A DNA stretch of 64,000 bases, taken from positions 175 through 64,174 of the forward strand of contig CAMVGD010000002.1 in assembly GCA_947166925.1 (NCBI GenBank). Direction: 5' to 3'. Positions within the stretch are counted from its first letter, which is position 1; each line of letters begins with the position of its first letter. Made by a program: the position numbers and the translations under genes. The DNA comes from an uncultured Clostridia bacterium. GTDB lineage: Bacteria; Bacillota; Clostridia; Christensenellales; CAG-138. The notes beneath the pieces were generated by a model that had not been told where the DNA came from, did not search any database, and was given only the letters and a program-made list of their open reading frames with translations. Shown here piece by piece: positions 23,847 through 33,242 of this stretch.

Positions 23847-24818
23847 ATGATGAAACGGCTGACGATCCTTCTTGCGGCGCTGCTGCTGATCGCATGCCGC
23901 ACGTCCGGGACGCAGGAATCCTCCGCGCAGCAGCCGGAGCAGCGGACGGAGAGTCCCGCGGCGGAAACTGCGGCGGAAACCGGTCCGACGGAGGAGACGG
24001 TCGTATCCGGCGTACGCAGCGACGTGCCGGAGCTGATGCCCGTTCCGGTCGAAAAACGGTTTCCGGGAAAGTTTTCGGATGCGCCCGAATACGGTGAGCG
24101 CAGCTACAAAAGCAGCGCGATCGACGTCACGATCAGAACGTATACGGTCGAGAACACCTATGCGAAGATCGCAAGCTATCACGTCGCCGATCTCTATGTC
24201 AAGGACGCGACGTCGATCCGGACCGCTGCGGCGGGAGGCGACTTCGGCATGCGGTACGAAGGACCGGTCAAGGAGATCGCGAAATCCGTCGGCGCGCTCC
24301 TTGCGATCGACGGAGACACCTATACGCATGAAAAGGACAGCTTTGTGATCCGCAACGGCGTGCTGTACCGCGATACGCCGATCGAAAACACCGACATCTG
24401 CGTTCTGTATCGCGACGGGCGTATGGAGACGAAGGCGTGGGGGACGTTCGACGTACAGGAGATCATCGCCTCCGACCCGTGGCAGGTCTGGGGCTTCGGC
24501 CCCGCGCTGCTCGATGAGAACGGGCACGACATGGAGATCGAGCATACGCTTTCCGGACACAACCCGCGCGCGGCAATCGGCTACTACGAGCCGGGACACT
24601 ATTGCTTCGTGATCGTCGACGGACGGGATCACGACTGGTCGGAGGGCATGCGGCTCTCCGCGCTGAGCCGGCTCATGGAGGACCTCGGCTGCAAAGCGGC
24701 CTACAACCTCGACGGCGGCGATTCGGCGCAGATGTACTGGAACGGCGAGATCATCAGCAAAAGCCGGAACGAAAGCCGCGTCATCAGCGACATCATCTAT
24801 CTCCTGCCCGAACCGTAA
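23847..24818 (+). CDS. Secreted phosphodiester glycosidase family protein (NAGPA/DUF2233-like)
   Basis: MMKRLTILLAALLLIAC lipobox. AIDGDTY...PRAAIGYYEPGHYCFVIVDGR...AYNLDGGDSAQMYWNG is typical of DUF2233. RBS AAAGGAG. The track ORF 23574.. is over-extended. Confidence 0.75.
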   Translation: MMKRLTILLAALLLIACRTSGTQESSAQQPEQRTESPAAETAAETGPTEETVVSGVRSDVPELMPVPVEKRFPGKFSDAPEYGERSYKSSAIDVTIRTYTVENTYAKIASYHVADLYVKDATSIRTAAAGGDFGMRYEGPVKEIAKSVGALLAIDGDTYTHEKDSFVIRNGVLYRDTPIENTDICVLYRDGRMETKAWGTFDVQEIIASDPWQVWGFGPALLDENGHDMEIEHTLSGHNPRAAIGYYEPGHYCFVIVDGRDHDWSEGMRLSALSRLMEDLGCKAAYNLDGGDSAQMYWNGEIISKSRNESRVISDIIYLLPEP

Positions 24819-25030
24819 GGGCAAAGTTCCTCCGTAAAGGGCGGCGCCGCCCGCAGGCTTTCCATGTTCCTCCGGCGGGCAGCGCGCTCCCTTGCATACA
24901 AACAAATACCGCTTTCGCGCGGCAGATCCTCTCCCCGATGCAGCCACGCGCGAAAAAAGGACCGCTCCGTTTTTCGGGGCGGTTCGTGCTTCCGTACATG
25001 CGGGATCCCGTCGAACGGCGTCGGCTTTTG

Positions 25031-25059
25031 TTGCCATTCGCGGACAACTATGCTATACT
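25031..25059 (+). promoter_or_regulatory. Candidate promoter of the PIG-L gene
   Basis: TTGCCA-17 nt-TATACT. Confidence 0.45.
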
Positions 25060-25116
25060 GTACCATATCCGGCACAAATGCCGATACGCCTGCTGCCCGC
25101 AGCAATGGAGGCCGAA

Positions 25117-26595
25117 ATGACGCTGACCCATGCAAGGAGGATCCTGCTGTTCATCCTGACGTTTGTTCTGACGCTGCCGCATCTGCCTGCGGCGCGCGCA
25201 GAGGACACCGAACTGCCGGCAAAGGATCTGACACCGTACCTGCGCTTTGAACAGAGCCGCGGACATTCCCGCGCGCGCGTTCTGCTGACCGATGCGCTGC
25301 TGGACGAACCGGTTGTATACTTTCCGTACGAGACGATCCGGCTGACCTGGGAGGAAGCGCCGGAAACGCCGGCATATCTGTGCATACAGTGGAACAAGGA
25401 GCCGGAGCGCGTGCGTCTTCTCGAGACCGGTGCCGACGGCGTGCTGCTTTCGGACACGTATGCCGAACCGGTGCTCGACGCGGTCATTCCGCTTGCGGAA
25501 GGCACTGCAGCCGTCACGATCGCAGGCGACGCGGCGGGCATGGAGATCATACGGATCGCGCTGTTTGCGGAAGGCATGCTTCCCGCGCCGTTCCTTCCGT
25601 GGCAGGATACGCCGAAAGGCATGGATTATCTGCTCATTTCGACGCACCCGGACGACGACGTTCTGTTCATGGGCGGGATCATCCCGACATACGGCAAGGA
25701 GCAGGGATACGTCGGCACGGTCGCGTACGTCACCGCGCCTTCGCGAAATCGCGTCAACGAAGCGAATCTGGGCGCGTGGGAGATGGGCGCGCGGTACCGT
25801 CCGGTATTTCTCGGCTTTCACGATATCCCGAACGACTGCAAAACCGATTATCTGAACCGTTTTCTGCCGGAAACGGTCACGCTTGCGCTCGTGCGCCTGC
25901 TCCGCGAATACCGTCCGCTGGTCGTCTTTTCGCACGACGTCAACGGCGAATACGGGCACTGGCAGCACATCATCGTTTCCGCATCGGTCGCGGAGGCGTG
26001 CCGTCTTTGCGCCGATCCGGCGTACGACCCGATCTCCTGCGAGCAGTTCGGCACGTGGGAGGTCAAGAAATGCTATCTGCACATGTATCCGGAGAATCCG
26101 ATCGAGATCAATATCCGTACGCCGCTGCAGTCCATGGGCGGACGTACCGCGTTTGAGATCGCGGAGAGCGCGTTCAGGATGCATAAGTCCCAGCAGAACG
26201 GTCATCACATCGTCGAGGGCGAATGGAGCCCGCTTGCAATGACGCGGTTTGGCATGGTTTACGGGACCGTCGACGCGGGGGACGATGTGTTCGACAACAT
26301 CGATCCGACGCTGCTTGCCTCATATGTGCCCCCGGAGCCCACCGCAGCGCCGGAGGAGGAACCGACTCCGGAACCGACGCCGGAACCGACGCCGGAACCG
26401 ACCGCAGCGCCGACGCCCGCGCCGACGCCCCGGCCTACGGTCCCGCCGACAGCGGCGCCGACCGCCGTCCCGGCACAGCAGATCGAACCGCCCGCTTCGC
26501 AGTCCGGGTGGCTGATCCCGCTTGGGGCGTTTCTTGCCGGCGCGGCGATCGCGTCGGTCTGCTTCCTGCTTTTGCGGCGCAGATCCCGCCGCTGA
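25117..26595 (+). CDS. Exported PIG-L/LmbE-family N-acetylglucosaminyl deacetylase with Pro/Thr linker and C-terminal TM anchor
   Basis: LLISTHPDDDVLFMGG (canonical (A/T)HPDD(D/E) motif) and GEYGHWQH. N-terminal signal-like helix, PEPTPEPTPEPTPEP linker, C-terminal helix + RRRSRR. Start at 25117 chosen for the GGAGG RBS; 25078 and 25105 are possible. Confidence 0.75.
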   Translation: MTLTHARRILLFILTFVLTLPHLPAARAEDTELPAKDLTPYLRFEQSRGHSRARVLLTDALLDEPVVYFPYETIRLTWEEAPETPAYLCIQWNKEPERVRLLETGADGVLLSDTYAEPVLDAVIPLAEGTAAVTIAGDAAGMEIIRIALFAEGMLPAPFLPWQDTPKGMDYLLISTHPDDDVLFMGGIIPTYGKEQGYVGTVAYVTAPSRNRVNEANLGAWEMGARYRPVFLGFHDIPNDCKTDYLNRFLPETVTLALVRLLREYRPLVVFSHDVNGEYGHWQHIIVSASVAEACRLCADPAYDPISCEQFGTWEVKKCYLHMYPENPIEINIRTPLQSMGGRTAFEIAESAFRMHKSQQNGHHIVEGEWSPLAMTRFGMVYGTVDAGDDVFDNIDPTLLASYVPPEPTAAPEEEPTPEPTPEPTPEPTAAPTPAPTPRPTVPPTAAPTAVPAQQIEPPASQSGWLIPLGAFLAGAAIASVCFLLLRRRSRR

Positions 26596-26632
26596 ACGAA
26601 GGCGGAACGCAATCATTCCGATACAGAAATGA

Positions 26633-26664
26633 AAAAACCGCTCCGGTCGCCCGGAGCGGTTTGT
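26633..26664. terminator. Bidirectional terminator between convergent genes
   Basis: AACCGCTCCGG-tcgc-CCGGAGCGGTT. Confidence 0.7.
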
Positions 26665-26676
26665 GCGTTCAGAGGA

Positions 26677-28284
26677 TCAGCCGAGCACGGCGCTCGTCTG
26701 CCCGCCGAGAGTCAGCGTCGTGCCGGAAAGCGAGGCGTCCTCGATGCCGATGAAGGCGCGCAGCTCGGTAAAGTTGCCGAACGCTTTGACGTCGATCGTT
26801 TGCGACGAGCCGCTCGGATTGTGCAGCACGAGAACGGTCTTGCCTTCGTAGGTCGCGGTAAAGCCGCCGACCTTGGTGCCGTCGACCGCGACCGCATGGT
26901 ATTCGCCGCGCGCGATCGCCGGGTTTGCCTTGCGGATCATGATCAGTTTCTTATAATAGGTATAGAGGCTCGTTTCGTCGGCCATCTGCTGCACGGCGCC
27001 GTTCCGGATCTGATTGTCGGCGCTGTAGGTCGTCCCGACCGGATCCCGTACGGTATCGTCGTCGCCCCACACCATCGCGAGACGGCGGTTCGCGTCGGTG
27101 TTTGCGCCGCCGCGCGAGCCGCGCATGCCGAGCTCCTCGCCGTAGTAGATGAACGGCGATCCGGGACCGAGGATATAGAGGTTTGCCGCCATCTGCATGT
27201 AGCCGGACGAGACGGTCAGATAGCCTGCTGCGCGGTCTGTGTCATGGTTTGCGATGAACGGAACGAACATGGCGTCCGGATTCTTGCCCGCGATCGATTT
27301 CAGATACGATTCGACATACTTCGTCAGCGCTGAGGCGTTGCCCTTCTTTGCGGTGGCGGCGAACAGTCCCTCGGACTGCGAGGTTGTGAAGTCGAAGCAG
27401 TTCATGACCGGGTAATATCGCGCGGTGATGCCGTCGCCGTCCCAGACCTCCGCGACCGTATAGAGACCGGGATACTCGGCGCGCAGCGTGTCGAGGTATT
27501 CCTCCCAGAACGCGACGCTCGAGTCGTGATCGCCGAAGTACGCGTATTTCGCCGCGTCGAAGCGGAAGCCGTCGATCCCGCGGTCGAGGTAGAAGCGCGC
27601 AACCTGCAGGACCGCCTCGCGCACGGCGGGCGAGTCGAAGTTCAGCTCGGGCATGTCGCCGGAGAAGTTGCATTCATAATAGATGTCCGTGCCGTAGAGC
27701 GAGGTGAACGTGCGTCCTGCCGGCGCAGTCTCGCCCTCCGTATAATAGCAGTAGAAATCGTAGAACGGATCGGACGGATCCTCCCGGCGGTGCGCGTCGG
27801 AGAAGCTCCTGAACCAGTCGCAGTCGCGCGCCGTATGGTTGATCGGCAGATCGAGGATCAGCTTGACGTCGCGCGCGTGGCACAGCGCGATCAGCTCGTC
27901 CAGATCCTCCTGCGTGCCGAACTTCGGGTCGATCTGATAATAATCGGAAACATCGTATTTATGATAGGAATTCGACAGGAAGACCGGCGTCAGCCAGATG
28001 CCCTCGATGCCGAGGGACTTTCCGGAATCCGGGTCGCCGTCGTTCAGATAGTCCATGCGGTTGATGATGCCGCGGAGATCTCCGACGCCGTCGCCGTTTG
28101 AATCGGAGAACGAACCGACAAAGATCTCGTAAAAGACCCGCGCGTTGTCCGGCGCTTTGACCGCACCGGTCAGCTTCGGATCCTTGATCGCGTATTCCTT
28201 GGAGGACGATTTGCCGCCGCAGCCGAGCGTCAGCAGCAGGAAAACAAGCAGCAGCGCGGCGATCTGTTTCGGAAGGGTTCTCAT
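26677..28284 (-). CDS. GH13 alpha-amylase-family lipoprotein
   Basis: GH13 regions DLPINH, GFRFDAAKY, EVWD, FIANHD. Lipobox LLLTLGCGG. Start moved to ATG 28284 (MRTLPKQ) behind GGAGGTG. Confidence 0.9.
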   Translation of the reverse strand: MRTLPKQIAALLLVFLLLTLGCGGKSSSKEYAIKDPKLTGAVKAPDNARVFYEIFVGSFSDSNGDGVGDLRGIINRMDYLNDGDPDSGKSLGIEGIWLTPVFLSNSYHKYDVSDYYQIDPKFGTQEDLDELIALCHARDVKLILDLPINHTARDCDWFRSFSDAHRREDPSDPFYDFYCYYTEGETAPAGRTFTSLYGTDIYYECNFSGDMPELNFDSPAVREAVLQVARFYLDRGIDGFRFDAAKYAYFGDHDSSVAFWEEYLDTLRAEYPGLYTVAEVWDGDGITARYYPVMNCFDFTTSQSEGLFAATAKKGNASALTKYVESYLKSIAGKNPDAMFVPFIANHDTDRAAGYLTVSSGYMQMAANLYILGPGSPFIYYGEELGMRGSRGGANTDANRRLAMVWGDDDTVRDPVGTTYSADNQIRNGAVQQMADETSLYTYYKKLIMIRKANPAIARGEYHAVAVDGTKVGGFTATYEGKTVLVLHNPSGSSQTIDVKAFGNFTELRAFIGIEDASLSGTTLTLGGQTSAVLG

Positions 28285-28388
28285 TTTGACACCTCCATCT
28301 GTCAATCTCGCCATTATCGTATATTTTTTTGGTTCGTTTGTCAAGGATGCGCTTTTCATCCGGAGAAAAGTATGATATACTGTCAGCC

Positions 28389-28880
28389 ATGAAACACTGT
28401 GAACTGTATAACAAGGAAGCGCTGCTTTCGATGCACGCCAAAAAGAAGCGAGCAGGGATCGCCATGCTCGCCGTCGCAGCCGCGGGGCTCGCGGCGTGCG
28501 TCGTGCTGTGCCTGCTTACCACACGCACCAATTACGGAACGATGCTGTGGGCGACGGTTGGTACGTCGATCGTGTCGGGCTGGATCGTGATCTTTCTGTC
28601 GCATGCCGTTTTCGAGGTCGCGAAGACCGGCGAGCGGCATATGAAGATGGTGGAGGAGGGCGAGCGGAAAACGGTCGGCGGCAGGTTCGAGAAGACGAAC
28701 GAGGTACGGTATATCCGACACGGCGTCACGCTGCGCCGCGTCCGCCTGACGTCCGGTGAACGCGAGACCATGCTGGTCCTCTATGAGCCGTACGCCAAAA
28801 AGGTGCCCGAAACATTTTCCGGCGAGGCTGAGATCGTAAACGATTTTATCGTGGCATATGAGGTGAACGGCGATGATTAA
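28389..28880 (+). CDS. Hypothetical two-TM membrane protein
   Basis: Two hydrophobic helices (IAMLAVAAAGLAACVVLCLL; GTSIVSGWIVIFLSHAVF) and a soluble C-terminal domain. Start uncertain (28329/28389). No family recognised. Confidence 0.45.
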   Translation: MKHCELYNKEALLSMHAKKKRAGIAMLAVAAAGLAACVVLCLLTTRTNYGTMLWATVGTSIVSGWIVIFLSHAVFEVAKTGERHMKMVEEGERKTVGGRFEKTNEVRYIRHGVTLRRVRLTSGERETMLVLYEPYAKKVPETFSGEAEIVNDFIVAYEVNGDD

Positions 28881-29424
28881 AGGCCTTTTGCGCAATCTGC
28901 ACCGCTATGTTTTCTGGGCGCTGATCTCGGTCATGCTGTGGGCATGGATCTTCACGCTGCTGTTTTCCGCGCCGGAAAAGAACAAGGTCGTGCTCTATGC
29001 GGACGTGCCTGCCGTCGACGGGACCGCGCTCTCGATCGAACTCGAAAAGGACCGACCGAAGGGGATCCGGATCGTGGACGCAAAGACCTTCAATTCGATG
29101 CTGTTTGAACAGCACGCGGTGCTGAAGGGCGATATCTATCTGGTGCCCGAATCCGACGCGGAGACATACCTGCCGTCGTTTGCGCCGATCGACCGGGCGG
29201 CGTTTCCCGGCGCGGCGTTCTATGAATCGGACGGGCAGGCGTACGGGATCGTGATCTGCGACGGACAGACGGGACTTGCCGTCGGCGCGCGGTACGTGAC
29301 GTACGCGGAGGGGGAGCGCTGCTTCCTGTTCTTCAACAAGGATTCAAAGCATCTCGGGACGTGGAACGACTCGGCGGACGACGCCGCGATCGTGATCGCG
29401 CAGCATTTTCTGGAACTGCAGTAA
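28873..29424 (+). CDS. Hypothetical N-terminally anchored membrane protein
   Basis: ATG overlaps the upstream stop (ATGATTAA). One N-terminal TM (YVFWALISVMLWAWIFTLLF). No family recognised. Confidence 0.5.
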   Translation: MIKGLLRNLHRYVFWALISVMLWAWIFTLLFSAPEKNKVVLYADVPAVDGTALSIELEKDRPKGIRIVDAKTFNSMLFEQHAVLKGDIYLVPESDAETYLPSFAPIDRAAFPGAAFYESDGQAYGIVICDGQTGLAVGARYVTYAEGERCFLFFNKDSKHLGTWNDSADDAAIVIAQHFLELQ

Positions 29425-29439
29425 ACGGGAGGAAGGATT

Positions 29440-31413
29440 ATGAAAAAGAGGTGGATCGCATTGCTGGCGGCAGCGCTGATGCTGTTGGGCTGTACGGGAA
29501 AAACGATCGGGGTCGAGAACGTGATCCCGACCGCAAAGATCGAGGGCAGCTCGCTGTATGTCCGGAAGGTCGAGGACCTGCCGGACGATTTCATCATGGG
29601 AATGGACGCGTCCGCGGTCATCGCCGAGGAGCAGAGCGGCGTAAAGTATTATAACTTCGCGGGCGAGGAGCAGGACGTGTTCAAAACGCTCGCGGAAAAC
29701 GGGATCACGCACATCCGCGTGCGCGTGTGGAACGATCCGTACGACAAGGACGGACACGGCTACGGCGGCGGCAACTGCGACGTCGAAAAGGCGATCCGGA
29801 TCGGCGAGCGCGCAACGAAATACGGCATGCGGCTGATCGTGGACTTCCATTACTCCGATTTCTGGGCGGACCCCGGCAAGCAGATGGTCCCGCTCGCGTG
29901 GAAGGACATGGACATCGACGAAAAATCGGACGCGCTGTACAAGTTCACGCTGGACGCGCTGAAGCAGATGAAGCGCGAGGGCGTCGCCGTCGGCATGGTG
30001 CAGCTCGGGAACGAAACGAACAGCGCGCTGTGCGGCGAAAGCGGATTCGAGAACATCGCGAAGCTGATGAAGGCGGGAAGCAGGGCGGTCCGCAAGGTCT
30101 ATCCGGACGCGCTCGTGGCGGTGCATATCGCCAATCCGGAGCGCGAAGGCGCGTACGACGGGTTCGCGAAGAAGCTCAGGACGTTCGAGGTCGATTACGA
30201 CGTGTTCGCTTCTTCCTATTATCCGTACTGGCACGGCACGCTCGACAACCTTGCGAACGTGCTGAACGGGATCGCCGAAAAATATGACAAGAAGGTCATG
30301 GTAATGGAGACCTCCTACGCCTTTACCGGCGCCGATACGGACTTTTCCGGCAATACGATCTCGGACGAAACCGCAAATATCGTGAAGGCGTATCCGTTCA
30401 CGGTGCAGGGACAGGCGAACAGCGTCCGGGACGTCATTGACACGGTCGCGCACGTCAAAAACGGCATCGGCGTGGTCTACTGGGAGGGTACATGGATCAC
30501 CGTCGGCACGAATTCCCGGGAGGAAAACCGCGAAAAGTGGGAGAAATACGGCTCCGGCTGGGCTTCGAGCTACGGCGGCAGCTACGACCCGAAGGACGCG
30601 GGCAAGTATTACGGCGGCTGCGCGGTCGACAACCAGGCGATGTTCGGTCCGGACGGGAATCCGCTCGAATCGCTGAAGGTATGGAACCTTGTGCGCTACG
30701 GCAACGAGGTCGAGCCGCGGGCGGACGCGATCGCCGACACCGTGCTTGCGTTCGATCTCAAGGGCACGGTCGAGCTTCCCGAAACGGCGGATGCGATCCT
30801 GACGAGCAACGAGACCGTGCCGGTCCCGGTCGTGTGGAACGTGACAGAGGATGAGATCGCAAAAATGTATACGGGCGGCGTGAAAACCTATGAGATCCGG
30901 GGACTTGCGGAGGGACTCCCGGCACGCGCGCTCATTTCGATGGTCAACTTCAATTATCTGAAAAACTACGGCTTCGAGGACGGCGCGCTCGATCCCTGGC
31001 AGACCGAGGACCGCGGCGGCGCGGATCAGCTCTATGTCGAGAACAAGCTCACGGACTCCCTGAACGGCACATATCATATGCATTTCTGGAGCGCAAAGCA
31101 GGATTCGGTCGATTTCTCGCTGTTCCAGGAGGTGAAGGACCTGCCCGCCGGGACCTATTCGTTCACGATCTCGATCATGGGCGGCGATGCGGGCGACGCG
31201 GAGATCTACTGCTATGCGCTCGTCGACGGCGCTGAAGCCGGACGTACGCCGATGCGGATCACATCCTACGGGAACTGGGATACGCAGACGGTCGGCGGCA
31301 TTGCGGTGGGCGACGGACAGACCGTCACGGTCGGCGTCTCCGTCCGCTGCACGGGCGCGGGAAACGGCGCGTGGGGCAAGATCGACGACGGACTTCTGAA
31401 CCGGCAGGACTGA
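29440..31413 (+). CDS. ganB: Arabinogalactan endo-beta-1,4-galactanase (GH53) with C-terminal Ig/CBM-like domains, lipoprotein
   Basis: GH53 core (THIRVRVWNDP...DFHYSDFWADPGKQ...VQLGNETN...METSY). Lipobox LMLLGCTG. The ~250-aa C-terminal extension is probably carbohydrate-binding. Confidence 0.85.
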   Translation: MKKRWIALLAAALMLLGCTGKTIGVENVIPTAKIEGSSLYVRKVEDLPDDFIMGMDASAVIAEEQSGVKYYNFAGEEQDVFKTLAENGITHIRVRVWNDPYDKDGHGYGGGNCDVEKAIRIGERATKYGMRLIVDFHYSDFWADPGKQMVPLAWKDMDIDEKSDALYKFTLDALKQMKREGVAVGMVQLGNETNSALCGESGFENIAKLMKAGSRAVRKVYPDALVAVHIANPEREGAYDGFAKKLRTFEVDYDVFASSYYPYWHGTLDNLANVLNGIAEKYDKKVMVMETSYAFTGADTDFSGNTISDETANIVKAYPFTVQGQANSVRDVIDTVAHVKNGIGVVYWEGTWITVGTNSREENREKWEKYGSGWASSYGGSYDPKDAGKYYGGCAVDNQAMFGPDGNPLESLKVWNLVRYGNEVEPRADAIADTVLAFDLKGTVELPETADAILTSNETVPVPVVWNVTEDEIAKMYTGGVKTYEIRGLAEGLPARALISMVNFNYLKNYGFEDGALDPWQTEDRGGADQLYVENKLTDSLNGTYHMHFWSAKQDSVDFSLFQEVKDLPAGTYSFTISIMGGDAGDAEIYCYALVDGAEAGRTPMRITSYGNWDTQTVGGIAVGDGQTVTVGVSVRCTGAGNGAWGKIDDGLLNRQD

Positions 31414-31486
31414 AAATGTATGTGCGCGGCTGAAAAAATGTTTGGACAACTGACCCGTATTTTGTTGAATAATATATAAAAACCGG

Positions 31487-31515
31487 TTGACAACGAGCAC
31501 AAAAATGAGTATATT
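31487..31515 (+). promoter_or_regulatory. Promoter of the galactan-oligosaccharide ABC transporter operon
   Basis: TTGACA-17 nt-TATATT. Confidence 0.6.
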
Positions 31516-31629
31516 ATAGTTACATCATGGGATTGTGGGGGTATGTCCGAAAAGACACCGCAGCCCCGGATGGGAGTCTTTTCATTAAAGGTATCCGGCA
31601 ACGAATACCAAATTTAACAGGAGGGAATT

Positions 31630-33162
31630 ATGAAAAGAATTCTGGCAATCGTATTGTCTCTGGCAATGGTACTTGCTCTCGTAGCCTGCGGCGGCGGCAA
31701 AAAGAGCGAACTGTCCGGCACCTATGACATCAAAGTCTGGTGCGCAGAGAACATCGTCGATCTGACCAAGAAGCAGATCGAGGACTTCAACAAGAACAAT
31801 GAGTTCGGCATCACGTTCAATGCGACCGTTGAACCGGTCGGCGAAGGCGATGCGGCGACGCAGATGATCGTCGACGTCGACGCGGGCGGCGATATCTTCT
31901 GCTTTGCGCAGGACCAGTTTGCTCGTCTCGTACAGGCAGGCGCGCTGTCCAAGCTCGGTGTTGAAGCCGGCAAGACGGTGAAGGAAACCAACGACGCGGG
32001 CGCAGTTGCGGCAGCAACCATGGGCGAAGATCTGTATGCGTACCCGATGACCGCGGATAACGGCTACTTCATGTACTACGACAAGTCCGTTGTCAAGGAA
32101 GAGCACATCGACAGCCTCGAAGACATCCTCGCGGACTGCGAAGCAGCAAACAAGTACTTTGCGTTCGAGACCAACACCTCTGCATGGTACATTGCATCAT
32201 GGTTCTTTGCGACCGGCTGCAAGTCCGATTGGACCACCGATGCGGACGGCAACTTCACCGCTGTTGACGACACCTTCGATTCCGACGCCGGCATCATCGC
32301 CTGCAAAGGTATGAAGAAGCTGCTTGATTCTCCGGCAAACCTGTCCTCCTCTGACGGCGCTGCGTTCGCAAAGAATGCTGCGGTCGTCATCACGGGCACC
32401 TGGGCATACACCGGCATCAAGGAGATCCTCGGCGACAACATGGGCGCTGCGGATCTGCCGAGCTTCACCGTTGACGGTCAGAGCTATCACCTCGGCTCCT
32501 TCAACGGCTTCAAACTGATGGGCGTTAAGCCGCAGGACGATGCAAACAAGGGCGCTGCGCTCCATAAGCTCGCACAGTATCTGACCAGCGAGCAGGGCCA
32601 GCTCGAGCGCTTCAATGCAGTTGCATGGGGTCCCTCGAACACCGCAGCTCTGGCAAAGGACGAAGTCCAGGCCAACCCGGCAATCGCAGCAGTCGTTGCA
32701 CAGGGTCAGTTCGCAACGCCGCAGGGCCAGATCCACGGTTCCTGGTGGAACATTGCGAAGGTCATCGGCGATGACGTCGCAGCGGCAAAGGACGAAGCGG
32801 GCTTCAAGGAAGCTCTTGACAGCTACAAGGCGAAGATCGACGCGCTGTTCGGACTTTCCGGCTACATCTTTGTCGGCGCTTGGAACGGCTGGGACAATGC
32901 CGATATGAGCGTCAAGATGGAGGACAACAACGGCGTTCTCACCATCACCCTTGATGTTCCGGAGAGCGACTACATGGGCGGCCGTATTGTTACCGCGGGC
33001 ACCTGGGACACCGATCTCGGCTTTGCACAGGTTACCGAAGGCGCTGACCTGCTGAATGCAGAAGCAGCGGGCGGCGACAACAACATCGTCTTCCTCGCAG
33101 CGGGCAACTACACCGTTACCTGCGATGTAAACGCAAAGACGATCGCCATCGTCAAGAACTGA
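31630..33162 (+). CDS. Sugar ABC transporter substrate-binding lipoprotein (CycB/GanS-like) with an extra C-terminal ~100-aa domain
   Basis: Lipobox LALVACGGG, family-1 solute-binding fold, then GAWNGWDNADMSVKMEDNNGVLTITLDVPE..., which is CBM-like. Confidence 0.8.
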   Translation: MKRILAIVLSLAMVLALVACGGGKKSELSGTYDIKVWCAENIVDLTKKQIEDFNKNNEFGITFNATVEPVGEGDAATQMIVDVDAGGDIFCFAQDQFARLVQAGALSKLGVEAGKTVKETNDAGAVAAATMGEDLYAYPMTADNGYFMYYDKSVVKEEHIDSLEDILADCEAANKYFAFETNTSAWYIASWFFATGCKSDWTTDADGNFTAVDDTFDSDAGIIACKGMKKLLDSPANLSSSDGAAFAKNAAVVITGTWAYTGIKEILGDNMGAADLPSFTVDGQSYHLGSFNGFKLMGVKPQDDANKGAALHKLAQYLTSEQGQLERFNAVAWGPSNTAALAKDEVQANPAIAAVVAQGQFATPQGQIHGSWWNIAKVIGDDVAAAKDEAGFKEALDSYKAKIDALFGLSGYIFVGAWNGWDNADMSVKMEDNNGVLTITLDVPESDYMGGRIVTAGTWDTDLGFAQVTEGADLLNAEAAGGDNNIVFLAAGNYTVTCDVNAKTIAIVKN

Positions 33163-33173
33163 ATCTGAGTCGA

Positions 33174-33209
33174 TACGGTTGGAGCGTCAAGCTCCAACCG
33201 TACTTTTTT
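33174..33209 (+). terminator. Intra-operon attenuator/terminator after the binding-protein gene
   Basis: TACGGTTGGAGC-gtca-(A)GCTCCAACCGTA followed by CTTTTTT. Confidence 0.7.
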
Positions 33210-33242
33210 AGCTGCAAATATTATATATGAACGAGGTGCGAT

